Shown here in pieces: positions 26,738-39,710 of a DNA stretch of 64,000 nucleotides. The stretch lies in NCBI GenBank assembly GCA_951406725.2, contig OX597819.1, forward strand, positions 130,944,001 through 131,008,000. Reading direction: 5' to 3'. The notes beneath the pieces were generated by a model that was not told the origin of the DNA, made no database searches, and saw nothing but the letters and a program-made list of their open reading frames with translations. Made by a program: the position numbers and the translations under genes. The DNA is from Octopus vulgaris (Eukaryota). Position 1 is the stretch's first letter; each line of letters starts with the position of its first letter.

Positions 26738-27599
26738 GAGGAGGGGCGAAGACCCACGTCTGCTGTCCTCATTGAGGAGACCTACGGTCAAAAATCTTCC
26801 AGTTGCGATCGATTTTATATGACGCAAATCCAGGGGGCATAACTCTTGCAAAATAATGGCCGTGGAATCAAGTTTTAGCCTGTAAAAAAGCCATAAAATG
26901 TCCAACGTGCCATCCGTTTTGATGCTACCATTTCAGTGAGTTAATGAATCGACTAACTAGAAATAACAGCCAACACTCTCTCGAATCACACACAATGTTT
27001 GAGAAAGGAAGCTAAGCATTTGATTTTGTATCAAAGTAGTTTTGAATACGTAATGTCCCGAGGGTGGTCAAAGCCAGAATGTATTTAATCATGGGTCTAT
27101 TCAATTAAGGTTGCTGTGACATCACTTCAGTCTCCTCGAGGGAATTTGTCGAGAGGACGAGAGAGCTTCTACGCGGTCACTCGACCAGCTAGAAGCAGCA
27201 GCTAAATTGTATCAAATTGTATCCGACCGTCTTAAAAGATGGAAGAACGCATTAGACAATGCTCTCTTTGATTTACAAAAGGGCGACGTGATCATCACGA
27301 CCGCATCCCTCTTGGTGATGGATTTCCTCGATCGGAGTTGAATGATAACAAAACAATTTGATCTTTGTATAATTTGTGGAGTTCCCTTAGTTGCTGGAAT
27401 TCCAAGCAGAATTTCTGGTCTCCTTGTCTTCCACATCGCTACCTGCTCATACTGACTTCCAGATGCTCATGCCATACATCGGATGTACAAAATTCACCGA
27501 TCTAACAGCGTCCGCAAATCTTCTCCCTCTTATTTTTTGCCAAATGAGGCTTCTTACATGAGAATCGCTCTACCTGCTAGAAATTTCTCTCGCCACCCT

Positions 27600-28800
27600 G
27601 CGTACATACGCGCCAACTAAGAGAATATTCCAATTGCTTCAACCAAACAAGGCCACCGACTCTGAGAATGTTCCTGCCATTGTCTCCTAACTGCACTCCA
27701 GAACTTACTCCTATACTCACCCAGCGCACACTCTCACTTTCTACAGTAATAAACCTCGACAATTGGAAGCATGCATCCGTGTGTCCCATTCCAAAGAAAG
27801 GTAAACCTCTGACCCGGCTAATTACTGTCCTATGGCTCGCATGTCTAATGTCTCTAAGAAAATGGAAACATCCATTAACAATGGCGTTCTCTAACACCTT
27901 CAACATCTCTCTCGAGGACCAGCGTTACGGTTTCCCCAGAACTAAATCTACCGAAGACCTACTCTCTTATGTCACTCATCAGTATACTCACGCTTTCTTT
28001 CATTTTTACAGTACAGAGTTACGGTAAGTTTTGTATAGACTCTGGAGGTTAAAACAGGCTTAAGAAAAATGCTGCGCAAGGTAAATTTTCGAGAATAAAT
28101 AGCACTCTCGACGACTGCAAGTTGGGGAAATTGCTCTTTTAGAAATTCTAGCGAAGAATCGTTCAAGAACTACTTATCTATAATTGTTAAAAAATTTAAA
28201 TCAACTTATCTTATTTGAGTTATCTCCTTTGATTGTAGTTATTTAACATTTAAACATTTTTTTATTCTACCCACAAGGGGCTAAACACAGAGAGGACAAA
28301 CAAGGACAGACAGACGGATTAAGTCGATTATATCGACCCCAGTGCGTAGCTGGTACTTATTTAATCGACCCTGAAAGGATGAAAGGTAAAGTCGACCTCG
28401 GCGGAATTTGAACTCAGAACGTAGCGGCAGACGAAATACCGCTGAGCATTTCGCCCGGCGTGCTAACGTTTCTGCCAGCTCGCCACCTTAGGTTTCTCTT
28501 ACTGGTTGCCTGAATGCATTCAGTGAATCGAGGCTGTTGTTCTGGACATAACAAAACTTTCAACCGTGTTTTTTACATGCAAATCTAACAAAACTTTCCC
28601 GTACAGGCTCCACCTTTCTCTCTTCTCTTGGATCAGTAGCTTCCTATCACTTCGTGCCATTGTGACGTGTTGACAGAGCTCTTTGGGCCCCACTCTCGAT
28701 CAACACTGGTGTTCTGCAGGGCTCTCGTTTATCCTCCTTTTTTTTTCCTTCTATACATCAATGATCTATTTACCATCACATCCAGCAACACATATTTCTT
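27600..28800 (+). pseudogene. Degraded CR1/Jockey-group reverse transcriptase, interrupted by insertions at ~28000-28490
   Basis: WKHASVCPIPKKG, QRYGF..ST.DLL, AVVLDITKTFNRV, INTGVLQGS..LLYINDL. Confidence 0.8.
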
Positions 28801-28952
28801 CGCACTTCCTTGAATTCCTTCCTGATTCTCTCCAATGATCCATGATCCACACTCAGCCTAGAACACGTTGCCACTATCACTGAGGATTTTTTCCTCTGAA
28901 TTATACATCATCACCATCACCAACATAGCAAAGACATTTTACAAAGACTATA

Positions 28953-28991
<39 letters not shown>

Positions 28992-29179
28992 GAGCATATG
29001 TTAATACTTTACAAAGCTCAGAGAGCGACTGACAATGGAGTGCTACTCCCATAACATGGAACAGTACAGTTGTTACACCGAGACTGCGTTTGTTGCACCG
29101 AGACAACCGAGACTCCATTCAACCGAAAACCATTCAAACTGAATGGCAGGCACTCCTCTAACCCATACCACCTATTCCT

Positions 29180-29494
29180 GGCGCTTTTCTCCCGATCTTC
29201 ACTTTCAGTTCTTCTTCATTCGTTTTGCACATTCCATTAGCAGTTCGTCGCTGTTTTGTTTGAGGAAAGTTTTAAAGAATTGATTTTAAATTTTAATGAA
29301 ATGCTGTGTGAATATCTTTGAACTTGGTGCCTCCATAATGTTCATCTCGGAACCGCTGAAAGACTATGATGTATCGTCATGATTTCATAAATCTGTGTTG
29401 GGACTACAATGTTTCCGATTTCCCAGAACTGAAAATTAAATCCTGAATGCCAGCATAGCAATCTCTACTGTTTCTTTAATATACTCTTGACCAT
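29180..29494 (-). pseudogene. Frameshifted paralog of the 5' half of the 31369 ORF
   Basis: ATGCCAGCATAGCAATCTCTACTG and TATCTTTGAACTTGGTGCCTCCAT match 31180-31370. Confidence 0.7.
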
Positions 29495-29613
29495 GGCCAT
29501 TCTGCCTGCTCTCCCGACCTCCGATCTCTATCCTGGCCATTCTGCCTGCTCTCCCGACCTCCGATCTCTATCCTGGCCATTCTGCCTGCTCTCCCAACCT
29601 CCGATCTCTATCT
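29494..29613. repeat. 40-bp minisatellite x3
   Basis: TGGCCATTCTGCCTGCTCTCCCGACCTCCGATCTCTATCC at 29494, 29534, 29574. Confidence 0.9.
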
Positions 29614-29987
29614 TGTCCATCATAGTGACCCTTGTTCTTTGAAGATGACTGCTTCCGTATCGTCTCCGAACGACTCCTTCGTCTCTTCCGCCCTCACCTA
29701 CCCAGGCACAGTAGGAAGCAGTATAGACAGTCCTTCCATCCCAGAGTGGGCATTCCAGAGGGATCCCCGCTTGCTCATGTTCTTCCTACTGCCGTCGACT
29801 TGCAACTGTTTAAGGGGAACAGTGACCGCATCGAAGTCAGATGAACTCAATAGAAAAAGAAGAAACCTTTTACGCGCTTGCTTTCATGTGCGCGCTTACA
29901 CACACATATACAACCAGGCACACGTGCACTCACACACCGACACAATAATTCTGAATCAGTGATAGTAGTGGTGCTACTACTGCAGAT

Positions 29988-30084
29988 GGTGGTGGTGGTA
30001 ACGGTGGTGGTAACGGTGGTGGTAACGGTGGTGGTAACGGTGGTGGTAACGGTGGTGGTAACGGTGGTGGTAACGGTGGTGGTA
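29988..30084. repeat. 9-bp tandem repeat (GGTGGTAAC)n
   Basis: Direct. Confidence 0.9.
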
Positions 30085-30781
30085 GCGGCAACGGTGGCAA
30101 TTAGCAGCGGCGATGATAAATAAACCGGTTCATTAATTTCTTTTTTCCCCACTTCACTTTGCAAGAGAGAAAAGATTAAAGATGTCAGAAGTTAAATAAA
30201 TGAACTTTGCCTGTTAATTCTATTTATATAACAATATATATATTGTGCCCCAGCAAAATGGCGGTGCCCCAGCATGGCCACAGCTCAAGAGCTGAAACTG
30301 GAAAACATAAACATAATTATATACTTAGGGTTATGGTCCACACAGGGCAAGCTATATTTGTCTAGGAACTTGTGTTCTGGGCATGAATAGATTTGTAGTA
30401 ATTGTGCTGGCACCAGTTGTTGGTTGTTGGCACCAACATGTCACCTGTCAACAAATGTCTCCGCACCCATATTTGCCCAGCATCCGAACCACCAAACAAA
30501 ACCAGGTATACTTTTATAGATAGATCTGCGCCACGTCCCATCTCCACCATTGCACCACCACAATTCACCACTAACACGGGTAACAAAATGTTTTTTTATC
30601 TAAAGGGTCATTTAAGTAAACAACAACAAAAAAATACTAACAACAATCATTTATACAGTTTTTTTGTCGGAGCAAATCAAAAACAATGACCGAGAAAGAG
30701 GCGAGGAAATTGCAGGAAACACGTGAAGAATTTGGAAGAGGAGAGGATAAAAATCATAACACAGAAAGAATGGTGACACTT

Positions 30782-31369
30782 TTACTGCTTTTTTATAGTG
30801 CTGTTACCATATTTCCTGCTGGAGGAATTAAGGTCGTGTCGGTTGTATGACTTCTGCTTTTGTGTTGGGGGATGACCCGTTTTCAAAGATACATCGTGAT
30901 CTGGGATCACAACAGTTTCCAGCCAACGCTGAACTCGATTCGACAACGATTCCTTCGACAAATCTTGCGCTTTCTGCTTCAATTCAAGTGTTGATTCCAT
31001 TAATGGCACGAAAGGTCCCTTACAACTCTTCTTCGACGTATTCCTGCCGCTTTTCCCCGATGTGTTCTTTACTTTTAGTTCTTTTTCGCTATTTTTGATC
31101 GTTTCATGTGGATTATGTCGCTGTTTTATCTGAAGAGGATTCTTTAGAATCGATTTTAGATTTGGTGACATGCTGTTTCGTATCTTTGAACTCGGTACCT
31201 CCATGGTGTTCATCTCCGCGCTGATGGAAGATTGCGAGCTGTTCTGTAATAATTTCAGAAACTCGTTGTTCGGGCAATACGTTCCTGATTTTCGGGAACT
31301 GGGGGATAAATCTTGTTGGATGCCAGCATAACAATCTCTACTGCTTTTCTTTGATACACACTTGGTCAT
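30782..31369 (-). CDS. Candidate single-exon orphan protein, 195 aa, Ser/Lys-rich
   Basis: Only long non-repetitive, non-TE-like ORF in window; ATG at 31369; local degraded paralog; no recognised domain. Confidence 0.4.
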   Translation of the reverse strand: MTKCVSKKSSRDCYAGIQQDLSPSSRKSGTYCPNNEFLKLLQNSSQSSISAEMNTMEVPSSKIRNSMSPNLKSILKNPLQIKQRHNPHETIKNSEKELKVKNTSGKSGRNTSKKSCKGPFVPLMESTLELKQKAQDLSKESLSNRVQRWLETVVIPDHDVSLKTGHPPTQKQKSYNRHDLNSSSRKYGNSTIKKQ

Positions 31370-32909
31370 AAACTTAAAAACCAACCGTTTGTACTTGTTC
31401 TGTACGTAAATATAAGATCTTTACCAAGCAATAGATGGAGAAAATAAAAAGCAGCTTCCGAGGCTAGTTTGAAACATTTCTTGCTCAAAATATTTACATA
31501 AATGAACAGATTTAAATGTTTCAAAACAGCTGGCAGAGAAAAAAAGAAAAACTCCGACTCTTTTCGAATGGCTTGTTTTGTTTACGATCTTGTCTCTATG
31601 CAAATAGGAAAATAATCTGATGCAAGAAGAACGAGGTGACGTCATCGTCAGCGTTTGCGATAACAGTGAACGGATTAACGTCGAAATTTTGAATAGTTGA
31701 ATAATTTCCATCGAAAGAAACACATTTGGTTTTATTTCGAAGAATCTATAACCGTGGAAGTTATATCTTCAAATAAATATCTTTAAATAAAAACGTTAGT
31801 ATACGGAGGAAATATTATTTCGTAGAACGATCTTCGAATATTGTTCGGATACGAAAAGACTTTCTGTAATGAAAGACAACCGAAAACAAATCGAAAAGTA
31901 GAAGAGAAAATAAGTGTTTCAGCTGTTCTTATATTGTTTCCAGTCAATCCTGATCGAGCAGAGCGATCATAAAACCTCTCACATTCCTAAATATCTCGTC
32001 CTTTGGTATTTCAATGACTACAGTGTTGAATGTGTCTTATTTTAGATGGTGGGATATGATTGTTTGGACCTCTGGTAGCTATTTCCTGCAGGTCGAGTGA
32101 CCATATGCAGACGCCCTCATTGGTTCATTGAAAAGTCATTTCATATAGTTTCTTACACGACCAAATTTGCATTCAAAATCCAGTTGGTACATACCTTGTC
32201 CTCATCACGAGTTGTTCCATAGAAGCCCGGGATCGAAATTACTGGACAATGCAACACGGTGTGGTCTATAGCTCATGGTGATATCTAACATATTGGCGAA
32301 TTAGGATAACCTCACCAATACCGGTCAGCTGTTGTTCTGCCGTAAGCTGACCCAGCCTGTTTACCTATGTCCACTGTTTTCTGACAAAGCGATAGAAACT
32401 GGGCAGTCGTTCAGTAAAGTCCACAAGTAGGTCCCCCACTATTGAGGGGTCGTTCCCTTCGTTCATCTCTTAATATAGTCAGGGAAGACAAACTATAGCA
32501 TTCCCTGAGTCGATTAAAAAGAACATCGATATTAGGCACAAAATTCCCCGAACAAACGAAGGAACTTTTATGCTGTCGCTCGAACTATTAGAAATAGTAG
32601 CTAAGTATTCAAATCACACTCTCCCACCTTTGAAAAGAAAGGTACAGTCGAAAATATAGTCCAAGATACACTAAGCCTAAATATCAAGATGGGATGATCT
32701 CATCTGGAATGCCGTGAGATAAAGATCTATTCGATCGAAGTTGACTTGGGATATAACATAAAATTCCCGGACATGACACATGCCAGAGAAGCTTTGATAA
32801 AAGGTGATATTCAGTGAATACAGCAGATAAATACTTCTTAAAGGGAAAGGAAGAAGAAAGGAGAGAAATACAATTAGAGTGGCGGGGGTGAGAGAATAAG
32901 AGTGAAAAG

Positions 32910-33310
32910 AAGGCGGCGAGATGCCAGAAACGTTAGCACGCTGGACGAAATGCTTAGCGGTATTTCGTCTGCCGTTACGTTCTGAGTTCAAATTCCGCCG
33001 AGGTCGACTTTGCCTTTCATCCTTTCGGGGTCGTAAATTAAGTACCAGTCACGCACTGAGGTCGATATAATCGACTTAATCCGTCTGTATATCCTTGTTT
33101 GTCACCTCTGTGTTTAGCCCCTTGTGGGTAGTAAAGAAATAGGTATTCCGTCCGTCTTTACGTTCTGTGTTCAAATTCCGCCAAGGTCGACTTTGCCTTT
33201 TATCCTTTCTGGGTCGATAAATCAAGTACCAGTTGCGTACTGTGGTCGATCTAATCGACTGGCCCCCTCCTCAAAACTTTCGGGCCTTGTGCCTAGAGTA
33301 GAAAAGAATA
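32910..33310 (+). mobile_element. SINE family A, dimeric (further monomers/fragments at ~9601, 10680, 14628, 20600, 28263, 41935, 48745, 52955, 62606)
   Basis: Same core sequence. Confidence 0.85.
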
Positions 33311-33519
33311 AGAGTGAAAAGAAATAGAAGACAAATTGAGAGGAGGGGAGAAGGAGGTTTCATAAATCTTTTCAAGGGACAAAGAGGACCCTCGTGACGA
33401 CCTTGGACCTCTGAAGGATCCTTTTCATTATCCTTCACCTGGTGGGTTGTTTTTTGTTGTTTTTGCTGTGTTTTTTTTTTCTAATTGCTGGATCTGGAGG
33501 AAAGGGCCCTCGATGACCA

Positions 33520-33810
33520 GCGAGTTGTTATTAATGTTCTTGAACCATTGCAAATCAACACCTGCGAGGAAAACATGAGAGCGGAAGTTTGAGGGGGTCC
33601 GGCGTTCTGGGAGGGAAGGACTGGACACAGTGCGAGGTCTCAGAGGGTTGGACAGAACAAGGTTATTGAGAGGAAGATAGAGTAAGTCTCAGGAATACCT
33701 AAGCAGACTTGGCGTGAGATCAGACAGCTCAGAGGAACGGAGAGGATTATTGTACTGGCAAAAAGACAAAGAAAGGAGGCAACGGGTACGTGGGACAAAC
33801 ATAGGAACAT
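33520..33810 (-). mobile_element. CR1/Jockey-group LINE C-terminal fragment
   Basis: VASFL..SSELS..SLPRT..SHVF..DLQWFK..IN-like translation across frameshifts. Confidence 0.55.
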
Positions 33811-34108
33811 GTCAGGGGGTCTTTTTCAATCTCAGTCGCAGATTTTTTAATTAATTTTTTTTTAACTAAACTGTTTGAAACTTTGGAGACCAGTTGAATG
33901 TGTCACATAGAACACGGTTTACTTTTAACGTTTTTGACAAAATTTTGTATTTTAGAAGTTATTTCGTGTTGTGTGACATTCAACCAGTATCCGAAGTTTC
34001 GAGATTGAAAATATCCCATGTCAGTGAGTGATTTTATGCCAATATGTTGAGTGTTTCTTTTCTGAAATACGGTCTGGGATATCTGTGTGAGCAGTAGCAG
34101 CAGCAAGT

Positions 34109-34474
34109 GGAGGCGCAATGGCCCAGTGGTAAGGGCAGCGCACTTGCGGTCGGAGGATCGCGGTTTCGATTCCCAGACCGGGCGTTGTGTGTGTTTATTG
34201 AGCGAAAAACACCTAAAGGTCCACGAGGCTCCGACAGGGAGTGGTGGCGACCCCTGTTGTACTCTTTTGCTCCAACTTTCTATCACTCTTTATTCCTGTT
34301 TCTCGTCTCCGACTTCCTACGCAACCGCTGAGCCTGGATGCGCATTCATCCATCCGTTGATGCTCTCGGTGTCGGGGGTTGACCTGCTTTCTATTCTGCG
34401 GGTCTTACCAATAGCAAAGGACCACGTTTCGGACTTCTCCCATCTTGCGAGCTCTGGGACGAAGACCGCTTCGC
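34109..34474 (+). mobile_element. SINE family C
   Basis: Matches 4548 copy over full length. Confidence 0.85.
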
Positions 34475-36021
34475 TCAACAGCAACAGCAACAGCAGCATC
34501 TCAGATATGGAAGCAATTATTTATTGTGGGCTCCTCCTAATCCCTGTAGAATGTCGACAATTGGGGGTGGGGTGAAATATCTTCAGGCTCCGAAGAGAAG
34601 GGCTAGTTGTTAAGATGCGATCCTACGTTAAGGATGGGTTTCAACCTGAAAAGATTCCCGGTTACCGTTTACAATAAAACCCAGCATTTGAGCGATTGTG
34701 AAGCGATTGCTTGTAACCCGTGTATAGGGTCGGGTACGATTATATATCTTTTATTTGAGTAATGTCTAGAATTATCAGCCAAATATCCCTCAAATTGAAT
34801 GATATGGTCTAAAAAAATTAGATACGTTACAACAGCGTACAGATGTATGAGCAAGGGTCTGGGATTGAACATGGCTCCTTGGGGTAGCAACAGTGAAGTT
34901 GGGCAGGGTCGTTTCAATCGGGGGAATGACCGTTGCTTTTTTCTCAGCAGTAATCGTTAAAGGTATTTATTAGTGTGCACTCAGTAATTGTCAAAGGTGT
35001 TTATTAAAGTGCACTCTGCTTGTTGTGCACAATGTTTGGGGCTAAATGAGGCGATTAATGCTGTTTCTAATTCCGTGTATTTCTTAATTTTTGCTGTTTT
35101 TTCTTTCATTTTGCTTCTGTTTTTTTTCTGGACGATGAATTGGTGAAACTGTTAAAGTGTCGTCTGTATGCATTGCTTTGTGGTGTCAGTTCCGATTCTT
35201 TTCGTTCTGACGGCAAAGCCTGCATCGATGCTGATGCCAAATTATATCGGCCCAAAGCGGCAGCCTTCCTCTTAGACATATCGATGATGTAAAAAGAGGT
35301 GACTTGTTAACACGGATAATTGTCAGTCTTCTACAAAATTTTTTTTTTTAAATCCTTGCCCACGCCTGCACAAACAAACGAAAATACATGGTCAGCCCTC
35401 ACGACCAGAGGTCTCCAGATAGGGCTTATTATACACTGCGTAAAAGGCTGTCAGTACGTTTTATGAAGGTGTGGGCAAATCGTGTAGGTATAGGTTAAAA
35501 GGGAAAGTGAAAGGAAAATTACGTATTCTGGGAATGCTTTGCCAACATTTTGTAGTTGCTTGGTGGTAGAATTGGGTATTTTTTGGATGAATGGAAGGCA
35601 GGTATGGAGTCAAAAGCTTTGACATCGATTTGTAATTAGGATAGGAAATGTGAAAACTAGTTTGTTGTTGAAGACATCGTGTCTTTTCTGCGTAGATTTG
35701 TAAGTTTTGTGATGGCTCCGTGTAGGGTTTGCATAGGTTATCGGAGCGAAGTGAAAGCAAAAGTGATGCGCAATTCTACCAAATTGACATAAAAGTGTGA
35801 AAAAGCGGATTAAGTTGCAGTGAAAAACGAAACTTGACTAAAAATCTTATCCCTCGATCGAACAAGGAATACATATTCTAATGCAAAAGTAAAAATTGCG
35901 ACGTGTTATTATGATGTACAAAACAGGTGGGCGGAGCAGTAACGCCAATATACTCAAATAAAAACTACTGAAAAAAAGAAAAAATATGTATCTAAAAAGA
36001 AAAATATTATCAGCCGCCGGA

Positions 36022-36094
36022 TGCCGAAACCCGGGATTGAACCGGGGGCCTTTAGATCTTCAGTCTAACGCTCTCCCAACTGAGCTATTTCGGC
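36022..36094 (-). tRNA. tRNA-Phe(GAA), isodecoder (variable loop AGGCC, T-stem CCCGG)
   Basis: 73-nt cloverleaf, anticodon loop CTGAAGA; 2 substitutions vs the major copy, one converting a T-stem G:U to G:C; T-runs downstream. Confidence 0.93.
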
Positions 36095-36541
36095 TGATAA
36101 AAATTGATCACAAACCGATAGTATTTATTTAATAATAAGGTATGTATCTGAATTTCAATTTTTTATTTTTCCCTGTAAAATTGATGTTGGTCAACGATGA
36201 ATTTGATCAAACTTAAATTACATTTATAATAAATTAGTGATGCAAGTCTTTCGTAAAAGAGACCAAAAACGAAGAACGGACGTACACAACGGACTTCCAA
36301 GCCTCGTTCGCTTCGTCACGTTTCTATTGGAATTTTCTTCCTTCAGTAGTTCTTCAAGTAATCAAATCCATTAAACATCTCTTACACACTATTCGTTTTA
36401 AGTTCGTCTCTAAATTTAAAATAAGTCATTTAAAAATATATTGTCAATTTTTTTCAACATTATCAGAACATGAAACTATTATTGGCAGAATGCCTTATTT
36501 TTTTTTTTCCATTATTTTATTAAAAAAAAAAATTAAGTGAC

Positions 36542-36715
36542 AAGGCGCAGGAGTGGCTGTGTGGTAAGTAGCTTGTTTACCAACCACATGGTTCCGGGTT
36601 CAGTCCCACTGCGTGGCATCTTGGGCAAGTGTCTTCTGCTATAGCCCCGGGCCGACCCAATGCCTTGTGAATGGATTTGGTAGACGGAAACTGAAAGAAG
36701 CCTGTCGTATATATG

Positions 36716-36757
<42 letters not shown>

Positions 36758-36950
36758 TCCCCCTGGCATTGTTTGAAAACCGATGCTGGTGTGTTTATGT
36801 CCCCGTTACTTAGCGGTTCGGCAAAAGAGACCGATAGAATAAGTACTGGGCTTACAAAAGAATAAGTCCCGGGGTCGAGTTGCTCGACTAAAGGCGGTGC
36901 TCCAGCATGGCCGCAGTCAAATGACTGAAACAAGTAAAAGAGTAAAGAGT
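36542..36950 (+). mobile_element. SINE family B, full length (CORE-like, internal microsatellite, (GAGTAAAA) tail)
   Basis: A-box TGGCTGTGTGG, B-box GGTTCAGTCC, CTTGGGCAAGTG. Confidence 0.85.
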
Positions 36951-37480
36951 AACAACAAAAATATACAAATGTAATTATCTGTATTGTAATTAAATTGTTG
37001 GCGAACAGATTAATATGTTTATATAAAGCAAAACATTAATTCGAAGACTATTTAAAACAGTGTAAATAAAAACTGTGAAGAACCTCATCTGTAAAATATA
37101 ATAATTAAAATTAAAAGATAATGAACACCTATTATTGTACACAGAAATAGAATATAAATTCAATTTGATATCTATGCTTTTTTTAAAATAGGAACTCCGA
37201 TACTTCCCGTTCAATGTTCGATCTTCAAGGTATTCCAGCTTGATCGACCCCGTCACTTTTATTTACTTTTACGAATATGGGTACATCTGGGACTAATGCA
37301 TCTAATGGGTGCTTCTTCATTTTCAAGACGGAAGGATGTGATTTGAGTAAGATTTGGCTGCTGTTTCTAACAGGTCAAGCTGCCACCTGCTCCGTTCGTT
37401 ACTTTCGCAGAGTAGAGCTGTGGTTGTTGCTTAACTCGATGTTGGTCGTCTTCGAACAGAGATGCGATAAAACATGTCTT

Positions 37481-37799
37481 GGTACTACTTGAGAACAGTG
37501 GTCCCGGTGCGCGCACTCGCATAGTCGCGCATCCGCGCTAGCTAGTCGTGACTAGTCGATCCTACAACGACTACCTAGCAAAATAAATAAAACACAAAAT
37601 TAATAATTTTTGTTAAACAAAATAAATAATTTTTGTTAAACAAAGTAAATAAAATACAAAAATACAAAGTAAATAATTTTTTAAAGAAAGTAAACAACAC
37701 ACAAAAACACAAAGTAAGGATAGACTAGTCATGACTAGCTAGCTCGGATGCGCAAGTACGCGAGTGCGCGCACCGGGACCACTGTTCTCAAGTAGTACC
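37481..37799. mobile_element. MITE family M1
   Basis: Same TIRs; TSD ACATGTCTT at 37472-37480 and 37800-37808. Confidence 0.9.
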
Positions 37800-38222
37800 A
37801 CATGTCTTTTTGTATACCGAAGAGCGTATATTCCATGTATCCAAACCCTTTTTGAATTGGAATTGTGTAATTTAGGGGTTACTCTTTTTCGTAGTTCAGG
37901 GGACTTGGATCAGGCTAGGTCGTTGACAATTAGTCTCACAGTGTCTACTAACTTGTGACCAGTGGATGTCTCTCTTCTCTTGCAATTTCTTTGTCTCTCC
38001 TTGTTTCTCTCCTCTATGTTTAGTCCCCGGAGGACAATAGAGAAATGGATTTCTTACGGAAGAATTGGCGGGAATTCACAGAAGTTATTTCTATAGCTGC
38101 TCCAGGTATAACAAAAGATATCCGAAATAAACAAGTACTCACAATTCAGTGCTCGCTAGCTGATAACAATAAAAATAGTCATACGACAAACTCTCACACT
38201 TTTTTAATTCTACGCACGCGCG

Positions 38223-38265
<43 letters not shown>

Positions 38266-39319
38266 AAAAGGAAAGAGGTGTGTAAGAGAGAGAGAAAGAG
38301 AGAGAGACACATACTCTCACTGCAGTTATGTTGCTCGTTTTATTTTGTGTGAGTGAAAAACAAAGAGTAAAGAGTACTCTGTACATTTTACTCTCAAAAA
38401 CCAAATACTTCGGAAATCGTTACTCCGAGTTTTCCGTTCGTAATCTTCGGTCAACTCTATATGTTCGTATGGTTATCTGGATTATTTTTCGAATTACTCA
38501 TCAATGGAGAACGAACTACTTAACATCAACTGGGGTGTCTTGTGTGCGTGTATTTATGAATGTACGTTTACATGTATGCATACACACAAATGTGCATGTA
38601 CGCGTATAAATATACATGTTTAGACACACAAACACTTGAGTGCATATGTTGATCATAATATATGCTAAACATTTCCCATGTTTTACACATTTCCACAGTG
38701 TCTTTAATAGCTTGTAGCTGTAATCTCTTGAGTTCTTTTTGGTTTTGAGAAACCCAGATTCTTGAAATTGGTACCGAGGCAGTTCGTCAAATTACCAAAT
38801 GCTCCAAGGAGGAATCTAAAGCTGTTAGTATGGATTTCTCATCGGTTCGGTACAGATGTTTTCTTTGCTACCAATCTTTAACAGTATGTTGATATTTATG
38901 AGGCATCTAATTTCAACTAATCTACAAAGTTTTCTCATCAAAATTTCAACAAATTGCGAAGATAGTAGGATGAGCATAATAAACCGTCCCTGATCATTAT
39001 GTCTGGCGTGTTATTCTTGCATTTTATTGACGTCTTGACAGGAATATTTCACTAGCATTCTCACATACTATGTTTGAGAAAATGAGGTTCGGCATAAAAT
39101 GGTAGAAAGTCACTGTAAATTGATATAACATTATAAATCCATTATAAATCAAGAAAATCCAGGTGGTATTGCTGGGACATGGAATGAAGTGTGAGTCAAA
39201 TTCGGGATGAAATGAACGAAAATAAATTGATGAAAGGAATAGTTCTTCGGGAATAAAGCAAGATTCCAAAGAGAAAAAAAAGAATACAAAAAAGAAAATT
39301 AAGCAGACCAGCCACCGGA

Positions 39320-39392
39320 TGCCGAAACCCGGGATTGAACCAGGGACCTTTAGATCTTCAGTCTAACGCTCTCCCAACTGAGCTATTTCGGC
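39320..39392 (-). tRNA. tRNA-Phe(GAA), major sequence
   Basis: Reverse complement of GCCGAAATAGCTCAGTTGGGAGAGCGTTAGACTGAAGATCTAAAGGTCCCTGGTTCAATCCCGGGTTTCGGCA. Confidence 0.97.
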
Positions 39393-39710
39393 TGGTGATA
39401 TTTCAACTCTAAACTATTAATGTCACTTGTATTGTCTCTCAAATAGATTATTTATTTTCTTGCTAAAGACATTCTAATACAGATATTGGATTTTTAATAC
39501 AAAGCGACAAATTTATGGTCACTTTAATCAATTACTTCGCTATGACATATTTCTTTAATTCCACCATCGTCACTAGTCAGCGCTACCAGCTAAAATCAGC
39601 TGGTTTGAAAGCAAAACAGGTAGAATAAAGACGTTGGAAAGCGTTGCCATCTTTCACCTGGACAAGTAAAATATTTTGGCTAGATATAATAGCTGGTTTA
39701 GATATTAAAG

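Noticed and set aside
30245-30305. YY1-like CAAAATGGCGG
   Set aside because: Part of a SINE B-like 3' fragment
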